From assembly GCA_965235115.1 (NCBI GenBank), contig OZ249436.1, positions 15,378,001-15,442,000 of the forward strand: a DNA stretch of 64,000 nucleotides. Direction: 5' to 3'. Positions 26,901 through 55,701 of the stretch are shown here, piece by piece. Origin of the DNA: Laetmonice hystrix. Taxonomy: Eukaryota. Numbering within the stretch: the first letter of the stretch is position 1; each line of letters opens with the position of its first letter. The translations under genes were made by a program, and so were the position numbers. A model generated the notes under the pieces. The model was not told where the DNA came from, did no database searches, and was given only the letters and a program-made list of their open reading frames with translations.

Positions 26901-29900
26901 ATGGGCTTACAATTTCAGCTTGAAGTTGAAGTGAACCCTGGGTGGTGTGGATATAATGGTGAAACCTCAATTGCGGGATGAAAGCTGGCTTGTGCTCATC
27001 CCATAGTTCATCCAAATCTTTTCGCACTTGTGCAATCTCATTTGAAGCCACATAGATGACTTTTACGTTGGGACATGCCTCTTTGGCGACCTGTGCAACT
27101 TCCACTGCACTGTTAACAACAGTCTGTCCTTGTAGTACCCGCCTCCATACAGCGCGTTTCACTGTTCCGCCCACGCCATCAACAGGCCCTTTACCATGGG
27201 CTGTAGCAAAGAATGACCAGTCCACCATCTCTAGGCCCATGTGAGTTTTTGATGGCCAATTTAGGAGGCTCAGACTGAAGCGGTTTTTAAACTGGCTTGC
27301 AGCCCCATCAGAGAAGATGTGCAGGCGTTTGATTCTTCCATCGGCATTAGCATATTCCAGGATTTTTCTGTTGAATGTAGCCACAGCGTATTTGTCATGA
27401 TGAAGTTCCTCACTCACGATAACAAATGAACTACGGCCATCTGAGGTATTCAGGACTGCTGTGAAGAGTGTTACACCCATGGAAACCCAGTGTGCGGACA
27501 TGACTTCATTTTGCTGCTTGATGCTGTAGTTTTCAGAGAAGTCCTCTTGTAATAGTGCCTCATCTTCAGCAAGCTGGCCTTTCAGTGACTTGATCGCTCT
27601 CAACTGGGTTTTGGCTATGAAGACATGCCTCCTCATGATCCCCAACTGCTCTACCAGTGCTGCTTCCACTTCAGGCACAGATGAACTCACAAGCTCTTTC
27701 TGGTATTGGTTGTTCCACTGGTAGTAGTTCACCGTGATACTAGCATCATCATTTGTGCCGAAAAGCTCTCTGATCAACGAGTCAAAATCCTTGCAATCAT
27801 CACAGTTACCCAGATAACATTCCATATTCCACCCACACACACTCTGTAGGATCAGTGCCTCAGATGTTGGTATATTTGGCTTTTGCTTTCTGATGCCATT
27901 TACAAGCAGTTCAAAGTTTTCGTGATACTGGCAACAACACACGTTCTGGTCCTTGTCCGTCACAGAAACAACATTTTCTGGACGTAAGGCGGCAAACTTT
28001 GATTTCCCGATTTTCACCTCAGGGAACTCAATTTTGAACTGTTTGAATGCCTCCATAACAGTCATAATCAGAATTTTCTTCTGTAGTCTCACACGCTCTC
28101 CATCCTTCTTGACAGTAATGAAGTCCTTCTTCCCAGGCTGTTGACGAGAGATTTCATCTGATAGGTAGAATGTTCGGACAATCTGTTCTGTTTTGTCCAT
28201 TGATGAGTTAGAAGGGCTTGACTTCTCTTGTCTATCTATGGTGAATTTTTTTGTCAATTTTTTTATGATGCAAACTTGCCGTCGAGGACTTGCTGGTAAA
28301 GCATTCTTGACACGTCTCATGGCTTTACCCAGACTCTGAGCTGATGGAAAGGCTTTTGAAGGGGAGCCATTAATAGAGGCAGGACTTGCTACAAGATCAG
28401 ATTCCCTTTTCCTTGCTCGCATTTTCTGCATCCTGAGCTTTGTTTGCATGCTCGCTTGTCTTCTTTTATTATCATCCCATTTTATCCGGCAATACTTCTG
28501 CTGAGCTGCATTCCTCTTGCGTGCTGCATTACGCTTCTCATCAGACATATTCGCCCGATATGCTCGCATTCTTTCTCTTGCAGTCTTTGCCATCTGGAAA
28601 GAAACCGGATACCTGCAGTGAAACAATTTCTATGTTTGTCTAAAAGTATAAATTGTTTTTGTTAAAGAATCATAAATAATCAGTAATTGTGGTGTTGTGG
28701 TAATTAAAAAATGAGTAATACTCAATTAAATCATTTTTGAGGAAAAATGGAAATGTGACCTTGAAAAATTGTTGACTTTGAAATGACAAATCAGTTTAAG
28801 AAAAAGAAAATTTGACCTTGAAAAATGTTTTACCTTGATATTTGACATTGAACTGACAAATCATTTTTAAGTAAAACCGATAATTTAAACTTGAAAAATT
28901 TTTGACCTTGAGATTTGTCCTTAAAATTGTCATTTTTCATTTTTGAATAAAAATGAAAATTTAACCTTGAAAAAGTTTTGACCTTGAGATTTGACCTTGA
29001 AATGACAATTAAATCATTTTTAGGTAAAAATGAAAATTTGACCTTGAAAAAGTTTTGACCTTGAGATTTGACCTTGAAATGACTATTAAGTCATTTTTAA
29101 GTAAAAATGAAAATTTGACCTTGAAAAAGTTTTGACCTTGAGATTTGACCTTGAAGTGACAATTAAATCATTTTGAGTAAAAATTGGAATTTGACCTTGA
29201 AAAAGTTTTGACCTTGAGATTTGACCTTCAAATTACATGGTATTGCTACTTACCTTTGGGAAGTGTGCATAAATCTGTAGGCCTGTGGAGCCTTGGATGT
29301 GCTCCTGATGACTGCTGAGGCATGACTGACTGTTCCTCCCATATTTATAGGTTTATAAGCGAAAATCCGGACCTCTGAGAAAGCACCCTCTCTAAGTCAC
29401 TCCAATACTCAAATCTGTGCTTTCTCCTTTGAGGTTTTTTCTGCACAACTTAGCTCCCAATTATCGCAGAAAGACATGGATGGTATCAAATTGTAGCTCT
29501 CTTCCTAAGCTATTTTATTTTTGGGTTAATTAATTAAATATTTATCGTATTTTTATACAAATTTCACTCATGTTGATGACAAGGCTTTTTCAAGATTTAT
29601 TTTCGTAAATATTCAAATTTTATGAGGATGTGATGAATTTTGTTTAATACCTCACATGAAACATCACATTGAAGTATAACGTATGGCGTTAATAAATTGG
29701 CAATGAGCAGAAGCAACAGTTTGAGAGGCCAAAATATTCTGAAAAGAAACAAATATTTCCAAATTTATGTATATCTGGTCTGGTTGCCTTGACTACCAGC
29801 AACTTGTCCATAAGGCATGCCTTATGAATAAGTACATATTACAGTAGGGTACTGCAGCATCCGGGTCCTTCAAAAAAGTATTAATTTGAGTAGCCCTGGT

Positions 29901-32900
29901 CATGTAACTGACGTAACAGTTCTAAAATCTTGTTACGTCAGTTACAGATGTTACGTCAGTTACGGATATTTCTCTGCATTTAAGAGGAATTTTTAATTTT
30001 TTTTATTGCACAAATGACAGTAATGGTCCACTAAAGGAGGATACTAAAAAACAACCTGAATGCATGTCGAGTGTAAAAAATATATGAAAAAGCATGCATT
30101 TTCGTAACTGACGTAACGTTACCGTCACTTCTTTATTTTCCATCAATAATTAAAAATCCAGTTTAAGCTTCAAAACAGATGTTGTGCCAAAAGGATCTCC
30201 ATTTACCCCTTAACATTGTTGACAAACAATGTTGCACATATTACTGGAAACACTTTTTGTTTTCAACATATTTCTATGGGACAGTTGACTCCCCTCTAAA
30301 TCTGTTGACAAGGTCCTTTTCAAGATGGCCGCCAAATCACGTGACTTCCGGTTTGGTAAAAAAATTGCATAAATTATAATACCTCAACTCTTGATGATTC
30401 AATTAATATAAAAACTGATATAAAATTAAGACTTTAATTTTTCGACCCTAGAGGAACATTTTCGGTGGAATTGCCCTCTATAACAAATTGGCATTTCACT
30501 GCTTTTTAAACTTGTCTTTTAGAAAAAGGAAATTGTTGTTCCGGATCTAAACCTGTATATTATAAATGCATTTTCAAAGGTAACTTGGGTTCTTTGAAGT
30601 GTACAGTATCTTATCTTGTTATCTTGTTATTTATGAGGATGAGCTTTGAATTAATTGATTTTATTGCATTATTTCTTAAACAGGACACGGCTGAATTTGC
30701 CATGAATTTTCAGTGCGAATCTCCAATAAAGAAAGGAATTTTCAGCATGCAAGACAAGGAATTGGTTGAACGAGTCATAGCTCAGGTTGGTTAAAAGTAT
30801 ACCGATGAGTCAATAACAAAATTCCATTCATAGCACCATGATACTTGGCTTTTGGTTACCGGGGTATCTACAAAAGTAGCTTATGGCCTGACGTTTTTGC
30901 AGATATTGTCAGACCTGCCAACTTCTTTGTATTTTGCGTAGCAGGTATGCATTTGACACTGATAATGTATCATTTATTCGCTGTTAATGATTGCAATTGA
31001 TATTTAAAACCTTCATGATATCTGCAGGCTAGCTCAATAATTAGTTGAGTTAGAAATAATATACATGTATCAGGTGCTAATGGCAACATATCTCTAATTT
31101 GAATGGGTAGAGGAATGATAGGGTGAAAGAATGTCCTGCATATATATATTATTTGTTTTTATGTTTTATAGCTGACTGCTGCCTTGTATGAAATTCATGA
31201 GATTTTCTTCGAGATTCCAATACCAGAACGCATGGCTTTGATTGCACAAACAAGAATGCTTGAGAGAGAAAAACTCTTCAAACAACAGGTAAGCAGGTTT
31301 ATTTGTTATATTCTGTACATATTATTTCCTGGTATGATGTGTACATATCATTGACAGTACTGTGTGTCTGATGATGATAACCTCTTGATGCAACTGACAC
31401 AAAAATTTTGAGAAGACTTCTATTTTTAGGGAGGGGTATGGCATTCTTTCAGAAGGTTATAGCAATATTAACTATTTAAAGTTCAGGCACATCTAGGAAA
31501 GTTCTTTTCATACACAAGCTTTGCGTATCTCTATTCAGTTATTTGTCAAGTTGCATATTTTTCTGTACGACCATCGAAAGTTTACAAAGGAACAGATTTC
31601 TTTTTCTACATCTAGTGAGCCATAGCACATTGCAAAATGGTTGGCCCATTCAGGGTGAAAGTATATTTGCAGAGAAATGTTTCTGAAATAATGTTGATTG
31701 ATGTATCTTAGCAGTTAATGTACAGCATTTGTAAACAGACCAGTTAAGCTCAAATATATACTGCAACATTTTTTTGCAGGAACGTTTTGACACAGAGAAG
31801 AAGAAAAGACTGAGTTCAGCAACTCTGAAAGCCATTGAAAGAAAGAAAAAGGCTCGGTATCCTTGATGTATTATGAATAATCGTAATACAGTGTATATCC
31901 CCCCCTATGGCTATCTTTGGGGTGTGGCAATCTATTGGGTATATACAGTATATATTTGAATGGGAAGAAGGGTAGGGACACATTTTTGTATTTCTTTGCA
32001 GTTTTGTGTAGATAGAATGGGAAGGTAAAAACACAGAGCAATAGAACACTGTATGCCAAATACAAGACAAAGGTTTTGCTTTGACGAAGACCAGAGCAGC
32101 AGAAATGGCAGCATTTGGTGATGTGCGGTCCCTGTCAGCCCCACCCAACACGAGTAGTCCGAAGGGTGAGAGACACTCAGAATCTGTGTAAGTATTTCTA
32201 CTAGGTGACTAGAATTATCAACACAAAACTATTTTTTTCAAGGAATATCACTACAAAATTTGGTTTGATACTATGGCTGACACCAATTATGCATGTGGTT
32301 CTCTTCACGTGACAATATTTTCTTTGTCTTTATTCCACTAGTGAAAAATTTAACTTCATTATTAAGTTCATATAAACTTTAGTAGTTCATGGGCTGCCCA
32401 GAGTCATGATTTGGATATGCTTATATTTTGTTTCATTAAGTTTGGTTTCTGTTGGCGGCTTTAGTGGACCATTGAGGCGGCATTACCAATCTATGATGTC
32501 GCGAGTATTAAAACCCATCCAGACTCAACTCAGCCCCATCAAACCTGTCAAGGACACCCTTAACAGGTAAGTCTCAGACCCATTCTCAAGCAAAGAAAGC
32601 TAAAATGCGTTTGTTTATATCTGTTACTTGGAAAGAGGTTGAGACTGGAGAACTGACTGAGGTTAGATAAAGATCTGGCTGTATGTCAAAAGTAGTTCTC
32701 TTGTTGCATGTGCATGGGAATATGCCCATGATATAGACAAGTATCATTTTGTAACCTTGAGCTTTATTGGGTGGTTACTATAAGATGTAGGGTGACCATC
32801 ACTTTTGCAGTCCTGCCAACTACTACATATTTTGCAGAGCAGGTTCGCATTTGACACTCCGACTACGCTATTGTGCACTCAGTCCTTCACATACTTCGCA

Positions 32901-35573
32901 AAACGGCCATAAAAAATCCATAAAAAAATCGCCATTTCTAGACCGATAATTCATAATTTATTTGCCGGTAATGATTGCAATCGATATTACAGACCCACAG
33001 GAAGTCGTTTAGGCATCACTCTCTGCTCAAAATGTGCTAGGAATGCACCTGAGACAACCCTTAATTTCAGTATTTTGGTTGGTGGCTAGCCCCCCCCCCC
33101 CCCATACCCCTTACCCCAGATGGAGGAGGATATTCCTCTCCTGGACCTACCCCCTTGTGGGGCTAATTGTTGCTACGCAAAACAAATTGGTAATGTTGGC
33201 AGGTCTGCTTTTGGTGTCTTTTAGGCCATAGATAGCACTTGATGGCCATGTATTTTAGCATTTCCTTTAGAACACTTAAGGCATGATACAAACAGCTTGA
33301 GGCAGAGCTCACTGCTTTTCTCTATTTCACAACGTCAGTCTTATCTGGTCTGCTCATTTGTGTTCACCAATTACCAGACACTTTCTCATGTAGTGTAATT
33401 AAGAGTGAAACATCATTTATTGGTTGATACAGGGAATGTTACCAGCCTAAAACAGTCACCCCTTATAACAATTTACTGTATAAGGTTGAGAATTATGGAA
33501 AGCTAGGATTTAATCTTTATATCTGTAGAATACTCTGTAGTTGAAAGGCTGGTAACACTGTTGTGTAAACCTATATCAAATTATTTCATAGATTTTGCTT
33601 CCCTCTCACTTGGTTTCCAGCCCAAATCAGAGAACTGTTAATTATGGCAGCTGTACAATAGTGACAGTCATTTTAAGCTCAAGGAAGTTATTTAACTTCT
33701 CATTGAAAATAAGTGACATTAGACAGCTTTAGAGGATTAAAGTAAAGAAGTTGGAGAATTTTAAAAGTTTGCATTTAAATTTGAAGCGAATGATCTCTGT
33801 TTTGGGCTATGGTGGCAGTAATGCATGTTGAAGCAGTCTGGAGTCCAGCTTGGTGTATTTTTTGTTGCCTTCAGAAACCCTCTGAGGCGCAGCAACCAAT
33901 ATATGTACTCACGAGCAATCAAGAGGTATGTCATGGTTTACGGGATGGCATGTTGTCAGAGTTCTCAGAGCCATGCAGACTCCATATATCTGCTCCCTAG
34001 CAATCCCACCGTGCCCACACACTTTTTACTTGATTCATTCCAAGCTATTCACTCCTTTAGTCTTGATCATAGCTCCTCTAAGTTCCTCTCTGCTAGAGGT
34101 TAACTTAAGTCAAATCTAATTTTAGTAATACTGATTCAACTTTGTTTCTTATATGTTTTGTACACAAGTTTGGCTTTGTAAGTCCCTAACATCAAGCCAC
34201 TGTCACCACTAACAAACCAGTCACCCACCTTGAATTTATCTTAAAATTGTGACTCCAGCCATTCATTGATGGTAAAGAGATTAATATACATGTATCAATT
34301 TACAACAATTGTTCAGCATACTATAATCCAGCAAAGGTGGGGCAGGGAGATCATTCATGCAGGCACTTGGATTGTAAAGACTGGGTGTCCGCAGGGCATT
34401 CAGCTCAGTCGACTTGTTCAAAACAAGGAGTGCAGTCCAAGTAAACCTGCTAAGGTTAGTAGTCTAAACCAGTGTTATGATGGCTGTTTAACTGAGTATG
34501 TGGCATGTTTCAGAGCCGTTGTTGAGGAGAGGAAGGAGCAGGAGAGAGTAGGGAAGATAAAGGCAAACACTGCTATTGTAAAAAGGGCCAAGACCAAAGT
34601 GGTCTCGGGTACACACGGTGAGTTTTACAAGAGGAACAGGAAAGTTCCTTGTGTCTATACAAAATGTGGTGAGCAGCCCAAAATGTGCTGAATCTCTGCA
34701 GGTTTTATGGATACCCCTGTCACTGTCAGAGTTGCCAACATGTACGGTTTGCCTGTATACAGTTTCAGACTGGTCTACGGTTATCCGGCCAGTAACAAAA
34801 CATATGGAAATTGAAGTGGTCATCTTACCGGGGGTACTTAAGATAATTGTCTATTGGATCTAAAAGTTCGGCAAAATTATACACATAAACGACCGCTAAG
34901 TTGACTTAGAGGCTGGTGATTATGGCGATTGTGACATGAGCGCTAATATTCTGACAGGGTGTCACTGTTTTCACGATAGCTCCAGTGGGTATAATTTGAA
35001 CTATTTCAGTTTGATTTTCGGAACATAAGCAAAAAATAAAAACATTTTGTGAATAATTTAAATGGTTTTCTTCAAAAAGAAAGATTTTCTGGGAAATCTT
35101 CTGGATTTTCCTCCAAGATCTTAGGTTTTTGTGAATGAATGTTGGCATCCCAGCCCTGTCCTAACTTTTGGTGTCCTGGGCATGTGGGAAATGCACTGTG
35201 CTCTGTCCACCTCTTTCAGTCTCTCCTGTTGCTGAACAAATGTAAGTTTCTTAGCACATGAAATAGCATTGAAACGGGTCCCCCATAAATACAAAGAACT
35301 GAAATAGAACACATAATAAATAATCTGAACTAGAACTTGTACTCAGTTGGTCAGCAGGTGCATGTATTCATTGTGATCTTGGTAAAGACATGGTGTAAAT
35401 TATGATTTATCTTCGACTGTTGGCTATTTATATGTGACAGTCATGTGAACTTGTCCATTTAAGGTGTGAGGAAACCCACTGCCGGATCAAGCCCAGGGGG
35501 TGCACCCAACAAACGCAGCTCTGCCCTAGTGAGGCCTCAAACAAAGCCAGTAACAACTCATCCCTGGAAGTAA
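17912..35573 (+). CDS. CCP110: Centriolar coiled-coil protein CP110; exons 17912-17947, 20810-20962, 21448-21576, 21934-25329, 25542-25658, 30684-30785, 31172-31288, 31780-31856, 32095-32187, 32465-32566, 33875-33925, 34514-34617, 35464-35573 (first and last three exons less certain)
   Basis: N-terminal SCIKFAGRPILPP and QKLLARVQTVVDSI; C-terminal IQ-like SAAVKGYLTRRLMRSDKVQQIIKTV, AQLTAALYEIHEIFF and LSSATLKAIERKK. These parallel CP110 conserved blocks. Splice phases are consistent; TAA at 35571-35573 and AATAAA at 36867-36872. Confidence 0.85.
18425..20215. repeat. Tandemly duplicated Helentron/DINE-like unit; the first copy is interrupted by the PIF MITE
   Basis: Repeated GGTTATTCTGCCG, GGGTCATGTGA and GTCTGACGGCAGAATA blocks (about 18425 and 19991), palindrome TTATTCTGCTGTCTGACGGCAGAATAA, and CTAACC-type microrepeats. 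Confidence 0.5.
18575..19693. mobile_element. PIF/Harbinger-like MITE with TAA TSD in CCP110 intron 1
   Basis: TIR AGCCCGCCGTACACT / AGTGTACGGCGGGCT; TAA at 18572-18574 and 19694-19696. Confidence 0.8.
26494..28593 (-). CDS. DDD-type transposase, Sola2-like, 699 aa, uninterrupted
   Basis: Motifs QEDFSENY, SAHW, HDK, FSDGAASQFKNR and WSFFATAHGKGPVDGVGGTVKR; Cys/His cluster CCCQYHEN...CYLGNCDDC; basic N-terminus. ATG at 28593 follows the acceptor TTTCCAG. Confidence 0.88.
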   Translation of the reverse strand: MAKTARERMRAYRANMSDEKRNAARKRNAAQQKYCRIKWDDNKRRQASMQTKLRMQKMRARKRESDLVASPASINGSPSKAFPSAQSLGKAMRRVKNALPASPRRQVCIIKKLTKKFTIDRQEKSSPSNSSMDKTEQIVRTFYLSDEISRQQPGKKDFITVKKDGERVRLQKKILIMTVMEAFKQFKIEFPEVKIGKSKFAALRPENVVSVTDKDQNVCCCQYHENFELLVNGIRKQKPNIPTSEALILQSVCGWNMECYLGNCDDCKDFDSLIRELFGTNDDASITVNYYQWNNQYQKELVSSSVPEVEAALVEQLGIMRRHVFIAKTQLRAIKSLKGQLAEDEALLQEDFSENYSIKQQNEVMSAHWVSMGVTLFTAVLNTSDGRSSFVIVSEELHHDKYAVATFNRKILEYANADGRIKRLHIFSDGAASQFKNRFSLSLLNWPSKTHMGLEMVDWSFFATAHGKGPVDGVGGTVKRAVWRRVLQGQTVVNSAVEVAQVAKEACPNVKVIYVASNEIAQVRKDLDELWDEHKPAFIPQLRFHHYIHTTQGSLQLQAEIVSPFNNALVATPQVAHTADIPEQASSVVAPAVPPEAVSTSTSATQEKKIEPESYYAVDYIDRFYIGRILKPSIQDGFWDVKFLHQVTVDGVTSFQWPRTADIDSVHQSAIFYGPIIIQGVTSFTVPNLNEIRSIFAKF
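28720..29232. repeat. ~77-bp minisatellite (about 6-7 copies) in the transposase 5'UTR intron
   Basis: Unit AAAATTTGACCTTGAAAAAGTTTTGACCTTGAGATTTGACCTTGAAATGAC...; unit-initial TGACCTTGA recurs near 28963, 29039, 29116 and 29192. Confidence 0.9.
29253..29350 (-). promoter_or_regulatory. Putative transposase promoter and non-coding first exon
   Basis: TATAAATA on minus at about 29348-29341; strong donor AAG|GTAAGT at 29253/29252. Confidence 0.6.
32808..33207. mobile_element. hAT-like MITE with 6-bp TSD CTTTTG; a partial related copy lies near 30909-30960
   Basis: CAGTCCTGCCAAC / GTTGGCAGGTCTG; CTTTTG at 32802-32807 and 33208-33213. Confidence 0.7.
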
Positions 35574-37044
35574 CCTGCTTCTGTCAATCTGTGGAAGGGC
35601 GGAATGAAACACCAGGACATGAGGGGTTGGCCTTGAGATTGAAGATCAAGAAGGAATATGGCTTGTTGCCATTACTTAGTTTGATGACAGACACTGACAT
35701 TGATTAGAGGCTTCTTATGAAATCACTTATGTTTGAAGTATACCGTAGACTACTCTACGCCTATAAGAATACTCATTACTGTTACAAAATTTACTACCAA
35801 ATACTGTCAGGACCCCGCTCAAGTAAGATGGAGCTAGAATGGTGCTATTAGAATGTCAGATATTGAAATCAGTTGTCAGCAAAAACTGATCAGTGATATG
35901 TGGATGGCAAGGTTATGTACAAGTGAGTTGCATTTGGCAGTTGATGTGTGCTTCTCCGATGGGGAAAGTACATGTACTTCCTGCAGCTGTGATATTAGAT
36001 GTATCTGACGTTTGTAAAAGGAAAGACCTTTTTCTCACAAGATGTGGTGAAATGTCAATGAAGCAGGAGCTTAAAGAAACGCACATCTCACAATAGTTTT
36101 GAAATGTTCATGGACGACTTGGTATCAGTCGCTCTGGTGGCAGTAGAACGCAGTAGATATAGGATAAATTTCTTGTCAGGATATAATGATAATTGTACTC
36201 ATAGTTTCTAATTATACTTTTTACATTATCTTTCGTAGATGTCCAGCCATTTTAATGTTTGTCTTCAACCTGGGAACCCTACAAATTATAAAAAAGCTGG
36301 TGTGATCTTTATTAGAGCTTTTCTTTTCAAATAACTGTCAAAAGTTGGCATTTACTATTGAAGACATCGTCCATGGGGAGTGTTTAGGGATGATCTAAGT
36401 TGTATTTGCGGTCTTCAGCAGAGCTTGCAGCCACCTATTGACTATATATCAAGGTGTTTGAAAAGATTATTGTTTCAATTAGGATATCAAGAAGATGAAT
36501 GTCTTTCGTCGCTGAACCTCAGATCTGAAGGGCCTTTAGAAACACTCTCAACACCTCATCGAAGTTTGTAAGACAGATGCCCAACCAATCCTGTGATACT
36601 TTATTAACTGTCTAGTGATCGTTGGTTTTACTTTCCTGATTAACTTTCAAGTCGCTTAGAAAAAAATTAGGGAAAGGTCTGAGACAGCTCTGCTGAACTT
36701 TGACAAAATGGCAATACATACTGCATTGATTGAATTTTTGTCCAGTTTTCTTCATGTGTAATTTTTCCAGCTGTGTAAATATAAAGTTATCTTTTGTTGC
36801 TCCAGAGTACCCCTAGATGATATAGGACTGTATAAAATGTACATATCGTTATCTGTTTGCCAGGCAAATAAAACCTGACTCATGTCTCAAATGAATCTAT
36901 CGTTTTGAACAAATTTAACCTCATAAGGTCTGTGTTATAAATTCGAGTTTATTCTCCTTAGAACAAAACGTCGCAAATTGAAATATAATTTATACGTTCT
37001 CACTTTTTACCCGCTAAGAACTAATAATAGCTGAAATCCATCAA

Positions 37045-37078
37045 GTCTGGCCATAGATGTGTACATCTATGGTCTGGC
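37045..37078. mobile_element. 20-bp CATAG...CTATG remnant (37052-37071) with 7-bp TSD GTCTGGC; probable P-superfamily excision footprint
   Basis: GTCTGGC + CATAGATGTGTACATCTATG + GTCTGGC. Confidence 0.72.
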
Positions 37079-37094
37079 TGGCCAGGTGCGCGTC

Positions 37095-37278
37095 AAGCGT
37101 TGCCATGGCATTGGGGAGGGGGCAGTTGCTAAGCGACTACCGCAGCGCCACATCAGGCGGCGCCACTGTGCTGGACATTGGTGGCGGCATCTGGCGTAGG
37201 CCTATATAGAGGGGAGCTCTTTGGTGGTGAAGGCAAGATTGATTCCTGACGTCACTCGGATCCAACCCTGAACCAAGC
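37095..37278 (+). promoter_or_regulatory. ACO2 promoter: X-box-like motifs, TATA-like CTATATAG and CRE TGACGTCA (37247-37254)
   Basis: GC-rich segment directly upstream of the ACO2 ATG with these motif matches. Confidence 0.55.

Positions 37279-55701
<18,423 letters not shown>

Larger units (their letters stand above)
25698..30478 (-). mobile_element. Full-length Sola2-like DNA transposon in CCP110 intron 5
   Basis: TIR AGGGCAATTCCA(T/C)CG at 25699 and its reverse complement ending at 30477. Right terminus ...CTC, 4-bp TATA flanks (25694-25697, 30479-30482), subterminal 14-mer repeats and an internal transposase ORF. Confidence 0.85.

Noticed and set aside
28594..28626. ORF-track start of the transposase (MFHCRYPVSFQ)
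   Set aside because: Non-ATG start lying in splice-acceptor sequence; the ATG at 28593 is more plausible
28720..29232. CRISPR-like repeat array
   Set aside because: Eukaryotic context, no unique spacers and no cas genes; it is a minisatellite
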